Source of the DNA: Eledone cirrhosa
Lineage: Eukaryota
Assembly: GCA_964016885.1 (NCBI GenBank)
Contig: OZ024742.1
Location: 16,740,001-16,804,000 of the forward strand
DNA length: 64,000 nt
Direction: 5' to 3'
How positions within the stretch are numbered: the stretch's first letter is position 1; every line of letters begins with the position of its first letter. Position numbers and translations under genes: made by a program. Shown here in pieces: positions 1-12,000 of the stretch. The notes below the pieces were generated by a model. It saw only the letters and a program-made list of their open reading frames with translations, did no database searches and had not been told where the DNA came from.

Positions 1-17
1 CATGCATGGATACATAA

Positions 18-128
18 TCTACCTAGTTGATGTTGTCTAAATTCCAATGAGAGAGTCTTGTGTCTATGTTAGAAGCCGACTCTCTCTGTATTGGGAAAAA
101 ATTTGTGAAATTATAAAACCAGAAGAAC
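18..128 (+). mobile_element. 3' UTR remnant of a Dong/R4-like LINE, ending in a (CATA)n tract
   Basis: Reverse complement of 49412-49521, the 3' end of the RLE LINE. It ends ...ccagaagaa and runs directly into (CATA)n at 129-198. Confidence 0.75.
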
Positions 129-198
129 ATACATACATACATACATACATACATACATACATACATACATACATACATACATACATACATACATACAT

Positions 199-241
199 GA
201 TGGCTGCCCACTCGTTATCGAGTATGGCCATTGCACGAGGA
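199..241 (-). mobile_element. 3' terminal stem-loop of an RTE-related short element with a (TATG)n tail
   Basis: atggctgcccactcgttatcgagtatggccat is the inverse of the hairpin-plus-tail ends at ~48390-48425, ~49340-49372, ~52366-52400 and ~52955-53000. Confidence 0.6.
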
Positions 242-385
242 GGAAAAAAAATTAATAAATAAATAAAAAAGAAAAAAAATATATATATATATAACGGAGG
301 AAATGTGGTAAGGAACCAGGTGGACCTTAACGCACCAAAGTACTCAATACTTAGGGTAGTAGAGTGGGTAATAGGAACGAGTAGG

Positions 386-481
386 ACCCCGACGGCTGAG
401 CTCAAGCCGTTTCGACGGCTAATTCTGGACTAAATGAAAATTTTTATCCTGGTATTTGAATAGCCGAGCTTCTCAAGGGGT
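386..481 (-). ncRNA. Type I hammerhead ribozyme, U3-A8 core variant
   Basis: Minus strand reads ACCCC-UUGAGAA-G..CGGCUA..UAGCCG.C-GAAA-CGGCU..AGCCG-UC^-GGGGU. Stems I, II and III all pair, and the cleavage triplet is GUC. Confidence 0.8.
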
Positions 482-1513
482 AATTCCATATATGGTAAAA
501 GTGATTGTCACAAGGATTGGTCAAAAGTTTGTTGTTGAGACATAATAATTCTATGATGGCAATTTGTGGAGGGAAGGGGTAGCTGAACCTGCCAGTAGGA
601 GAAAGAGGGAGAGGGCGTGTAGGAGACCCATTCATGCGTTGATAGTGCCGACTACAGCTGGGCATGAGGTCAAAGAAGAAACTAGGGAGGGGGAGGGACA
701 GGAAGGCGAAACAATAAGTAGAACAGTATGGGGTAAATATATAGAAAAATACCGAGAGTGTTAAAAAGCAATTAAATGTAAAAAAAAAAAAAAAAAAATT
801 CTGGTTACTACGACCTAAGTCTCTCACTGGTACTGCTAGGCTAAAGAAAGGTAAACTAGGTGGGACGGAATTATAATGGGACCCTTTTAAGAGGTATAAG
901 TAATAAACCGAATATATCTTACAGTGACGGGTCAACAAGTGAGGGGCCAAGATACTAAAGAAACTACCACTAAATAATAAATTAAGGTTTCTACCCCAGG
1001 CACAAGGCCAGGAACCACCCAGTGCAAAAAAGTAAACTAATGCGAAATAATAAATCAGAGTCCCGAAAAAGAATACTAATACTATCTCTAAGGGTGCCGC
1101 CACGATACAAAAGTTCTAGTGCAAGCTACATAAAAGCTCGTACGAAGTATATGTAAAATTAGATACGGAAAATTAATTCAGAATCCCCCCCCCTCCAAAA
1201 AAAGGCTGATATACGAGAAATTAAAGCAAAGATACCACTAAGAAATATAAAAAGCACGGAAAAGGGGCAGCGGTCGGATAAGAGGGCAAGTATCCGGAGT
1301 CTAACACATCTGCTATATTCTTTGACCTCATGCCCAGCTGTAGTCGGCACTATCAACGCATGAATGGGTCTCCTACACCCCCTCTCCCTCTTTCTCCTAC
1401 TGGCAGGTTCAGCTACCCCTTCCCTCCACAAATTGCCATCATAGAATTATTATGTCTCAACAACAAACTTTTGACCAATCCTTGTGACAATCACTTTTAC
1501 CATATATGGAATT

Positions 1514-1609
1514 ACCCTTTGAGAAGCTCGGCTATTCAAATACCAGGATAAAAATTTTCATTTAGTCCAGAATTAGCCGTCGAAACGGCTTGAGCTCAGC
1601 CGTCGGGGT
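1514..1609 (+). ncRNA. Type I hammerhead ribozyme, U3-A8 core variant
   Basis: ACCCU (1514-18), UUGAGAA (1519-25), stem II, GAAA (1582-85), CGGCU/AGCCG, UC^ (1604), GGGGU. Confidence 0.8.
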
Positions 1610-1616
1610 TCTACTC

Positions 1617-1711
<95 letters not shown>

Positions 1712-1898
1712 CACATATACATACACATATACACACACACATATATACACACACACATACATTAATAACAATAATAATAATAATAACAACAATAATAATA
1801 ACGACAACAACAATAATAATATACATATACATATATATATACACATATACGCACACACATAGATGTGAGAAAAACCACAGACCCTCCATCTCAACTCA

Positions 1899-1936
1899 CC
1901 TTTTGAAAAGCAGAAGAACTGCGAAACCGGTAGAGG
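1899..1936 (+). ncRNA. Minimal type I hammerhead ribozyme, U3-A8 variant
   Basis: CCUU-UUGAAAA-GCAG aagaa CUGC-GAAA-CCGG-UA^-GAGG. The short palindromic stem III is typical of Penelope-associated minimal hammerheads. Confidence 0.8.
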
Positions 1937-2067
1937 AACCAAATAAATATATATATTTAAAAAAAAAATAAGACACCAGTTGCATTTTCGATTTCATCTC
2001 TTTTTCTTTATACTTTCACTCGTGTAGGACACCTCGGTTATTTTTCATTTTGTAAAAAACCCCTCAC

Positions 2068-2113
<46 letters not shown>

Positions 2114-2191
2114 TTATTTTTTTTTTTTTTTCCTCGTGCAATGGCCATCTCACAGATGTGAGAAAAACGACAGACCCTCCATCTCAACTCA

Positions 2192-2229
2192 CCTTTTGAA
2201 AAGCAGAAGAACTGCGAAACCGCTAAAGG
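2192..2229 (+). ncRNA. Minimal type I hammerhead ribozyme, U3-A8 variant with a mutated stem III
   Basis: CCUU-UUGAAAA-GCAG aagaa CUGC-GAAA-CCGC-UA^-AAGG. Confidence 0.65.
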
Positions 2230-2302
2230 AACCAAATAAATATATATATTTAAAAAAATATATAATAAGATTCAAGTTGCATTTTCGATTTCATCTCTTT
2301 TT

Positions 2303-2353
<51 letters not shown>

Positions 2354-2373
2354 CATATACATACATACATATG

Positions 2374-2455
<82 letters not shown>

Positions 2456-2570
2456 CATATATATTAATAACAATAATAATAATTATAACAACAATAATGA
2501 TAACGACAACAACAACAATAATAATATACATATATATATATACACACACACGCACACACATAAACATATC

Positions 2571-2574
<4 letters not shown>

Positions 2575-2606
<32 letters not shown>

Positions 2607-4900
2607 AGCAACTAACAGCGCTGCAATCGAATGTGGCTTTTTAGCCAAGCCAACGATCTAAAATATCTTGCACAGAGTCGGCAACCAAAACATTCACTGG
2701 GAATAGCCGGCTGTGGTTGGAGTTCGTGTACTTTTGCATGTCGCTTGAGCCTTCCTGCTGATTTACATTCTCTACCACATGTTTGGCAAGCATGATGAGT
2801 AGCATCTCCAACAGCAGCCTGGTAGTCAACCACTGGTCTTACTTTATGACTGCAAAGATGACTTTCGAGTCCAGCTTTGCTTATGCAGAGTCTCGCACAG
2901 ACGTTGCATGTCAGCACCATAGGAGGACCCTCTCCGTCTGGAAGTGTAACAGCAATGCCCTTCCTCACATCCCACTTTACTTTCTCGTATGCGATTCGAG
3001 ATGCCTCAAAGGCAACTTTTCCCTCATATACAGCCTTTCTTCATTTATTACGATCAGCAGCAATATTTTCCCATGTATCAGCAGAGATGTTAGCGTCTTT
3101 CAAAGAGGCTTTCAAGGAATCCTTATACCTCTTTTTTGGTTTATGTGGCGGTCGTTTTACTTTAACTAACTCTCCATAAAAGAGTTGTTTTGGTATTCTA
3201 GAATCCTTCATCCTGGCAAGGTGACCACTCCAACGGAGTCGTTGCTTAAGCACAAGAGCTTCTATAATGTCACACATAGAGCTTTCCTATATTTCGACAT
3301 CAATGATGTGGTCCCTCCAGTGAACGCCATAGATCCGTCTGAGACACATCTGATGGAAACGCTCCAATTGCTTAAGGTGGTGTCGATATGTGACCCAGGT
3401 CTCGCAGGCATAAAGAAGAGAGCACACATGCCTTGTACACCTTTACCTTTGTCTTCTTGCATATGTCTCGCCGACCCCAGAGTCGCCTTTCTAGCTTTCC
3501 GAAAGCATCACTTGCTTTCCTAATCCTAACTGAGATTTCACTATCAAGGTTGCTGTATCGATTGACAGTGCTTCCCAAGTAGACAAACTGATCAACCACT
3601 CCAAGTAGTTTATCATACACATAGATATTTGGTTCACTGTACTGGTTACCAGGGGCAGGTTGGTACATGACGACGGTTTTCTTGAGACTGACAGTCAATC
3701 CTAGGGCAGTGCAAGCGTCAGAAAATGCATTCAAAATGTGCTGCATATCATTCTCTGTGTGCGCTAAAAGATCGCATACATCTGCATACAAGAGGTCTAT
3801 TATGATTAATGTAAATACTATTGTCTTTGCAGCAAAGCGCCTGATGTTAAATATGCTGCCTGAGGTTCGATATCGGATGTAAACACCATGCTCGCAATTC
3901 CTGAATGCAATACATAAACCATTGCAAAGTATATGGCAAACAGGGTCAGTGCTGGAATATCCCCCTGTTTCATTCCATTTTTACTGAGATAGGCTACGAC
4001 ATGTTACCTCCGACATTAACCCAAGCCTTCATGTCGTCAAGGAAAGACCTAACTAAAGCAAGGAACTTATCAGGGCAACCAAGCTTCTGGAGAACCTTCC
4101 ATAATGTATTTCTGTTAACAGTATCGAAAGCTTCTGTCAGATCGACAAAAACCTGATACAGATCCAAACCTTGTTCGATGCACTTTTCCTGGAGCTGTCT
4201 AGCTGAGAAGATCATATCAGTAGTGCCGCGTCCAGCACAAAAACCAGATTGACATTCAAGAAGAACACAATCTGCAATGTGTGTCAGCCGAAGGTCCAGA
4301 AGCACCCTACATAAAACTACGACAGAAAGCAATGATATACCTCTGTAGTTTCCACAATCACTCCTGTTACCCTTTCCCTTGTACAAGACCACCATTACTG
4401 CATCTCTCCAGTCCTCAGGTACGGATTCATTAGCCCATATCCTGCCAAACAAAGAATGAAGATGTTGCAGGAGTCTCTCACCACCATATTGTAGGAGCTC
4501 AGCATGTATGCCATCCATACCTGGAGACCTTCCACTGTTCAGCTTCGAGATAGCTACTGCAACCTCCACAAGCGTCGGAGGTTCTGCGAGAGCTACTTTC
4601 AGAGGATTTTCTGGAATGAGATCGAGGAAATCTTCATTGACGACAGACGGCTGATTCAAAAGATCATCAAAGTTCTCTCGCCACCTTCGTAGAATTCCTT
4701 GTGAGTCACGAAGAAGTTCTTTGCCATCCTTGCTGCGAAGCGGTGTCACCAGAGAAGACGGTCCATAGACTTCACGCAAGAGACTGTACAACAGCTTTGT
4801 GTTATTGGAATCTGACGCAGTTTGTATCTCACCAGCCTTCTAACTCCACCACTGATGCTTCATCTGAGAAAGACGCCGCCTAACACGTTATTTTACATCC
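2575..4900 (-). mobile_element. RTE-clade LINE, 5' truncated and frameshifted (RT plus three C-terminal C2H2 fingers, (TG)n tail)
   Basis: ORF fragments carry SPGMDGIHAELL, NYRGISLL, FVDLTEAFDTVNR, YADV (degenerate YADD), FVYLGS, RLRWSGHLARM..RIPKQLFYGEL and three CxxC..H motifs. Confidence 0.92.
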
Positions 4901-4949
4901 TTGAGTTCCTCATACATACATACATACATACATGCATGCATGATGGCCG

Positions 4950-5220
4950 AAAACTCTGCTAAGGGTTTTGCAATCGCTTGTCCTTTACACAATCTTTGAA
5001 TCGGAGCTTTGGTTTGTGAATTGGTCTATTACCTTTACAAAGCTTGCAATACAAAAGTTGTTTCGTGATTCGATCATCCTCCTTTCTGTAAAGGTGTCCG
5101 GTCCATCGCAAACGCCCTTGATGGATGATATTCTCAATGCTCCGACACTCACTTCTGTAGGCAACCCATGTCTCACTTGCTTCACAGCAATGCTGACAGT
5201 ACACATGTGGCATACACTTT
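4950..5220 (-). mobile_element. Fragment of a second RTE LINE (post-RT C-terminal region)
   Basis: RLRWTGHLYRKEDDRITKQLLYCKL..GNRPIHKPKLRFKD. Confidence 0.8.
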
Positions 5221-6034
5221 CACCTTGGTCTTCATTGTGATTCCTCGCCTACGCCACAGATGCCTCACTACTAACACGGAGACCAGCTTCTGCATCCAGA
5301 GAACAGGTCACACTCAGAGTACTCCTCAAATACACAAATCTCATTTCAACTATAGACCGTATACATACATACATACATACATACATACATACATACATAC
5401 ATACATACATACATACATACATACAGCAGACAGACATACATACTACATTGCGTTAATGTAGTCAAGAGAATACTAAATAGATTGATAGAGAACGAAGTTT
5501 TAATTTGGTATATTTTGATTCTTATCAGACGTAACTCGTGTTTCGCAAAGTACACACACACCCACACACATACATATATATATATATGTGTGTGTGTGAA
5601 CGTGTACACAGTTACATGAGACAAATATATAGTTGCAAGTTTATCTTGGCAGCCACATTGCAGGGTGGCCAAAGGTTGTATATAACTTGTGCTGTCCGTT
5701 TGCTCAACAGAGTGGATGACCGCTCTGATGGTAAGATTGGTAAGATGTATTGGGGACGATAAACAACAACTAAGTCCCACGTCTCACAGGTGGCCTCACG
5801 TTTTCTGAACACAGAGATTTCTGTTGTGTTTTGAAGAACCCTGCTGACGAGGATGCGGCACGAGGTTACCGACGAAAGATACGCCGGAAAAGCTAGTGAT
5901 ATCGGGTACCTGAGGCCTAGGCCGGCATACCTGAGCGGTTAGGTGGCCTGTTACCACACTATGTCTTCAAACCTGACGCTGCATATCCCCTCGGCTGCTG
6001 CTCGGATACAAGTATCTAGGTCAGCGAGGAGAGA

Positions 6035-9000
6035 TCGAAGTACAGTCTGACAGATTGAGGAGTACACCATTCTATCCAACAGGTTCGAAGTACAGTCTGA
6101 CAGTTTGAGGAATACACAATTCTATCAAACAGGTTCTAAGTACAGTCTGACAATTTGAGGAGTGCACACTTCTGTCAAACAGGTTCGAAGTACAGTCTGA
6201 CAGTTTGAGAAGTACACAATTCTAACCAACAGGTTGGAACTACAGTCTGACAGTTTGAGAAGTACACAATTCTATCAAACAGGTTCGAAGTACAGTCTGA
6301 CAGTTTAAGGAGTACACAATTCTATTCAACAGGTTGGAAGTACAGTCTGACAGTGTGAGGGGTACACACTTCTATCCAACAGGTTGGAAGTACAGTCTGA
6401 CGGTTTGAGGAGTACACAATTCTATCAAACAGGTTCAAAATACAGTCTCACTGTTTGAAATATACACAATTCTATCCAACAGGGTGGAAGTACAGTCTGA
6501 CAGTTTGAGGAGTACACCATTCTATCCAACAGGTTGGAAGTACAGTTTGACAGTTTGAGGAGTACACAATTCTATCTAAAAGATTGGAAGTACAGTCTGA
6601 CAGTTTGAGGAGTACACCATTCTATCCAACAGGTTGGAAGTACAGTGTGACAGTTTAAGGAGTACACAATTCTATCTAATAGATTGGAAGTACAGTCTGA
6701 CAGTTTGAGGCGTACACATTTCTATCAAACAGGTTCGAAGTACAGTCTGACAGTTTGAAGAGTACACCATTCTATCCAATAAGTTCGAAGTACAGTTTGA
6801 CAGGTTGAGAGGTACACAATTCTATCAAACAGGTTGGAAGTACAGTCTGACAGTTTGAGGAGTACACACTTCTATCAAAGTGGTTGGAAGTACAGTCTGA
6901 CAGTTTGAGGAGTACACACTTCTATCAAACAGGTTCGAAGTACAGTCTGACAGTTTGAGGAGTACACAATTCTATCTAAAAGATTGGAAGTACAGTCTGA
7001 CAGTTTGAGGAGTACACCATTCTATCCAACAGGTTGGAAGTACAGTGTGACAGTTTATGGAGTACACAATTCTATCTAAAAGATTGGAAGTACAGTCTGA
7101 CAGTTTGAGGCGTACACATTTCTATCAAACAGGTTCGAAGTACAGTCTGACAGTTTGAAGAGTACACCATTCTATCCAATAAGTTCGAAGTACAGTTTGA
7201 CAGTTTGAGAGGTACACAATTCTATCAAACAGGTTGGAAGTACAGTCTGACAGTTTGAGGAGTACACAATTCTATCTAAAAGATTGGAAGTACAGTCTGA
7301 CAGTTTGAGAAGTACACAATTCTATCAAACTTGTTGGAAGTACAGTCTGTCAGTTTGGGAAGTACACACTTCTATCACACAGGTTGGAAGTACAGTAGGA
7401 CAGTTTGAGGAGTACACACTTCTATCAAAGTGGTTGGAAGTACAGTCTGACAGTTTGAGGAGTACACACTTCTATCAAACAGGTTCGACGTACAGTCTGA
7501 CAGTTTGAGGAGTACACAATTCTATCTAAAAGATTGGAAGTACAGTCTGACAGTTTGAGGAGTACACCATTCTATCCAACAGGTTGGAAGTACAGTGTGA
7601 CAGTTTAAGGAGTACACAATTCTATCTAATAGATTGGAAGTACAGTCTGACAGTTTGAGGCGTACACATTTCTATCAAACAGGTTCGAAGTACAGTCTGA
7701 CAGTTTGAAGAGTACACCATTCTATCCAATGAGTTCGAAGTACAGTCTGACAGTTTGAGGAGTACACACTTCTATCCAACAGGTTGGAAGTACAGTCTGA
7801 CCGATTGAGAATTACACAATTCTATCCAACAGGTTGGAAGTACGGTCTGACAGTTTGAGGAGAACACAATTCTATACAACAGGTTTGCATACTGTCCGAC
7901 AGTTTGAGGAGTACACACTTCTCTCAAACAGGTTGGAAGTACAGTCTGACAGTTTGAGAAGTACACACTTCTATCCAACAGGTTGAAAGTACAGTCTGAC
8001 AGTTAATTCTATCCAACAGGTTGGAAGTACAGTCTGACAGTTTGAGGAGTACACAATTCTATCAAACAGGTTCAAAGTACAGTCTCACAGTTTGAGGAGT
8101 ACACAATTCTATACAAAAGGTTTGGAGTACATTCTGACAGTTTGCGGAGTACACAATTCTATCAAACAGGTTCGCAGTACAGTTTGACAGTTAGAGGAGT
8201 ACACAATTCTATCAAACAGGTGGGAAGTACAGTCTGACTGTTTGAGGAGTACCCAATTATATCAAACAGGTTGAAAGTACAGTCTGACTTTTGAGAAGTA
8301 CCCAATTCTATCAAACAGGTTGGAAGTACAGTCTGACAGTATGAGGAGTACACAATTCTATCAAACGGATTGGAAGTACAGTCTGACAGTTTGAGAAGTA
8401 CACAATTATATCAAACAGGTTCGAAGTACAGTCTGACAGTTTGACGAGTACACACTTGTATCAAACAGGTTCGAATTACAGTCTGACAGCTTGAGGGGTA
8501 CACAATTCTATCCAACAGGTTCGACGTACAGTCTGACAGTTTGATTAGTACACAATTCTATCCGATGAGTTCGAAGTACAGCCTGACAGTTTGAGGAGTA
8601 CACAATTATGTCCAACAGGTTGGAAGTACAGTCTGACAATTTGAGTTGTTCACAATTCTATCCAATAAGTTCGAAGTGAAGTCTGACAGTTTGAGGAGGA
8701 GTAAACAATTCTATCAAACACGTTGGAAACACAGTCTGACAGTTTGCGGAGTACACAATTCTATCAAACAGGTTCGAAGTACAGTCTGACAGTTTGAGGA
8801 GTACACAATTCTATCCATAAATTTCGAAGTAACGTCTGACAGTTTGAGGAGTACACCCTTCTATCAAACAGGTTCAAAGTACAGTCTGACAGTTTGAGGA
8901 GTACACACCTCTATCAAACAGGTTCGAAGTACAGTCTGACAGTTTGAGAAGTACACAATTCTAACCAATAGGTTCGTAGTACAGTCTGACAGTTTGAAAA

Positions 9001-12000
9001 GTACACACTTCTATCCAACACGTTGGAAGTACAGTCTGACAGTTTGATAAGTACACAATTCTATGAAACAGGTTCGAAGTAGAGTCTGACAGTTTAAGGA
9101 GTACATAATTCTATCCAACAGGTTGGACGTACAGTCTGACAGTTTTAGGGGGAGTACACAATTCTAGCCAACAGGTTCGAAGTAGTCTAACAGTTTGAGG
9201 AGTACAAAATTCTATCCAACAGGTTCGAAGTACAGTCTGACAGTTTGAGGAGTACACAATTCTATCCAAAAAGTTCGAAGTAAAGTCTGACAGTTTCAGG
9301 AGTACACACTTCTATCAAACAGGCTCGAAGTACAGTCTGACAGTTTGAGGAGTACACACCTCTATCAAACAGGTTCGAAGTACAGTCTGACAGTTTGAGA
9401 AGTACACAATTCTAACCAATAGGTTCGTAGTACAGTTTGACAGTTTGACAAGTACACACTTCTATCCAACACGTTGGAAGTACAGTCTGACAGTTTGATA
9501 AGTACACAATTCTATCAAACAGGTTCGAAGTAGAGTCTGACAGTTTAAGGAGTACACAATTCTATCCAACAGTTTGGAAGTACAGTCTGACAGTTTTAGG
9601 AGGAGTACACAATTCTAGCCAATAGGTTGGATGTACAGTCTAACAGTTTGAGGATTACAACTTTCTATCCAACAGGTTAGAAGTACAGCCTGACAGTTTG
9701 AAGAGTACACACTTCTATCCAACAGGTTGGAAGTACAGTTGAACAGTCTAAGAAGTAGACAATTCTATCCAACAGGTTGGAAGTACAGTTTGACAGTTTG
9801 AGGAGTACACAATTCTATATAAAAGATTGGAAGTACAGTCTGACAGTTTGAGAAGTACACAATTCTATCACACTTGTTGGAAGTACAGTCTGTCAGTTTG
9901 AGGAGTACACACTTCTATGAAACTGGTTGGAAGTACAGTCTGACGGTTTGAGGCGTACACAATTCTATTACACAGGTTCGAAGTACAGTCTGACAGTTTG
10001 AGCAGTACACACTTCTATCCAACAGGTTGGAAGTACAATCTGACAGTTTGAGAATTACAAAATTCTCTCCAACAGGTTTGCATACAGTCTGACAGTTTGA
10101 AGAGTACACAATTCTATCCAACAGGTTGGAAGTACAGTCTGACAGTTTGAGTAGTACACACTTCTATCCAACAGGTTGGAAGTACAGTCTGACAGTTTGA
10201 GAAGTACACAATTCTATCCAACAGGTTGGAAGTACAGTCTGACAGTTTGAGTAGTACACACTTCTATCCAACAGGTTGGAAGTACAGTCTGACAGTTTGA
10301 GAAGTACACAATTCTATCCAACAGGTTGGAAGTACAGTCTGACAGTTTGAGTAGTACACAATTCTATTACACAGGTTCGAAGTACAGTCTGACAGTTTGA
10401 GCAGCACACACTTCAATCCAACAGGTTGGAAGTACAATCTGACAGTTTGAGAATTACAAAATTCTCTCCAACAGGTTTGCATACAGTCTGACAGTTTGAG
10501 GAGTACACAATTCTATCCAACAGGTTGGAAGTACAGTCTGACAGTTTGAGGAGTACACAATTCTATCAAACTGGTTCAAAGTACAGTTTGACAGTTTGAG
10601 GAGTACACCATTCTATCCAACAGATTGGAAGTATAGTTTGACAGTTTGAGAGGTACACAATTCTATCTAAAAGATTAGAAGTACAGTCTGACAGTTTGAG
10701 GAGTACACAATTCTATCAAACTGGATGGAAGTACAGTCTGTCAGTTTGAAGAGTACACACTTCTATCAAACTGTTTGGAAGTACAATCTGACACTTTGAG
10801 GCGTACACACTTCTATCAAACAGGTTCGAAGTACAGTCTGACAGTTTGAGGAGTACACAAATCTATCCAATGAGTTGGAAATACAGTCTGACAGTTTGAG
10901 GTGTACACACTTCTATCAAACAGGTTCGAAGTACAGTCTGACAGTTTGAGGAGTACACACCTCTATCCAACAGGTTGGAAGTACAGTCTGACAGTTTGAG
11001 GAGTACACCATTCTATCCAACAGGTTGGAAGTACAGTCTGACAGTTTGAGAATTACAAAATTCACTCCAACAGGTTTGCATACAGTCTGACAGTTTGAGG
11101 AGTACACAATTCTATCCAACAGGTTGGAAGTACAGTCTGACAGTTTGAGGAGTACACAATTCTATCAACCTGGTTCAAAGTACAGTCTGACAGTTTGAGG
11201 AGTACACCATTCTATCCAACAGATTGGAAGTATAGTTTGACAGCTTGAGACGTACACAATTCTATCTAAAAGATTGGAAGTACAGTCTGACAGTATGAGG
11301 AGTACACAATTCTATCAAACGGATTGGAAGTACAGTCTGGCAGTTTGAGAAGTACACAATTCTGTCAAACAGGTTCGAAGTACAGTCTGACAGTTTGACG
11401 AGTACACCCTTCTAGCAAACAGGTTCGAATTACAGTCTGACAGTTTGATGAGTACACAATTCTATCCGATGAGTCCGAAGTACAGCCTGACAATTTGAGG
11501 TGTTCACAATTCTATCCAATAAGTTCGAAGTACAGTCTGACAGTCTGAGAAGTACACAATTCTATCCAACAGGTTGGAAGTACATTCTGACAGTTTGAGG
11601 AGATCACAATTCTGTCCAACAGGTTGGAAGTACAGTCTGACAATTTGAGGTGTTCACAATTCTATCCAATAAGTTCGAAGTACAGTCTGACAGTTCGAGG
11701 AGGAGTAAACACTTCTATCAAACTCGTTGGAAACACAGTCTGACAGTTTGCGGAGTACACAATTCTATTACACAGGTTCGAAGTACAGTCTGACAGTTTG
11801 AGCAGTACACACTTCTATCCAACAGGTTGGAAGTACAATCTGACAGTTTGAGAATTACACACTTCTCTCCAACAGGTTTGCATACAGTCTGACAGTTTGA
11901 AGAGTACACAATTCTATCCAACAGGTTGGAAGTACAGTCTGACAGTTTGAGTAGTACACACTTCTATCCAACAGGTTGGAAGTACAGTCTGACAGTTTGA

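Larger units (their letters stand above)
376..1619. repeat. ~300-bp inverted repeat pair (376-677 and 1318-1619) around a 640-bp spacer; pLTR-like, hammerhead-bearing
   Basis: The arms are near-identical reverse complements. The ORF track shows mirror-image ORFs (564+/1159- and 444-/1330+). Confidence 0.9.
1857..2308 (+). repeat. Two ~150-bp direct repeats 293 bp apart, each with a minimal hammerhead
   Basis: agatgtgagaaaaac..cagaccctccatctcaactcaccttttgaaaagcagaagaactgcgaaac...tttcatctctttttcttta occurs at ~1857-2010 and ~2150-2308. Confidence 0.85.

Noticed and set aside
23-2661. YI/VCMY/HT-rich ORFs here and at 42630-44336, 46482, 47521, 56837-57259 and 61759-62017
   Set aside because: They are translations of (TA)n, (CATA)n and (CA)n microsatellites.
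5844-5890. CUGACGA...GAAA hammerhead
   Set aside because: No convincing stem I or stem III.
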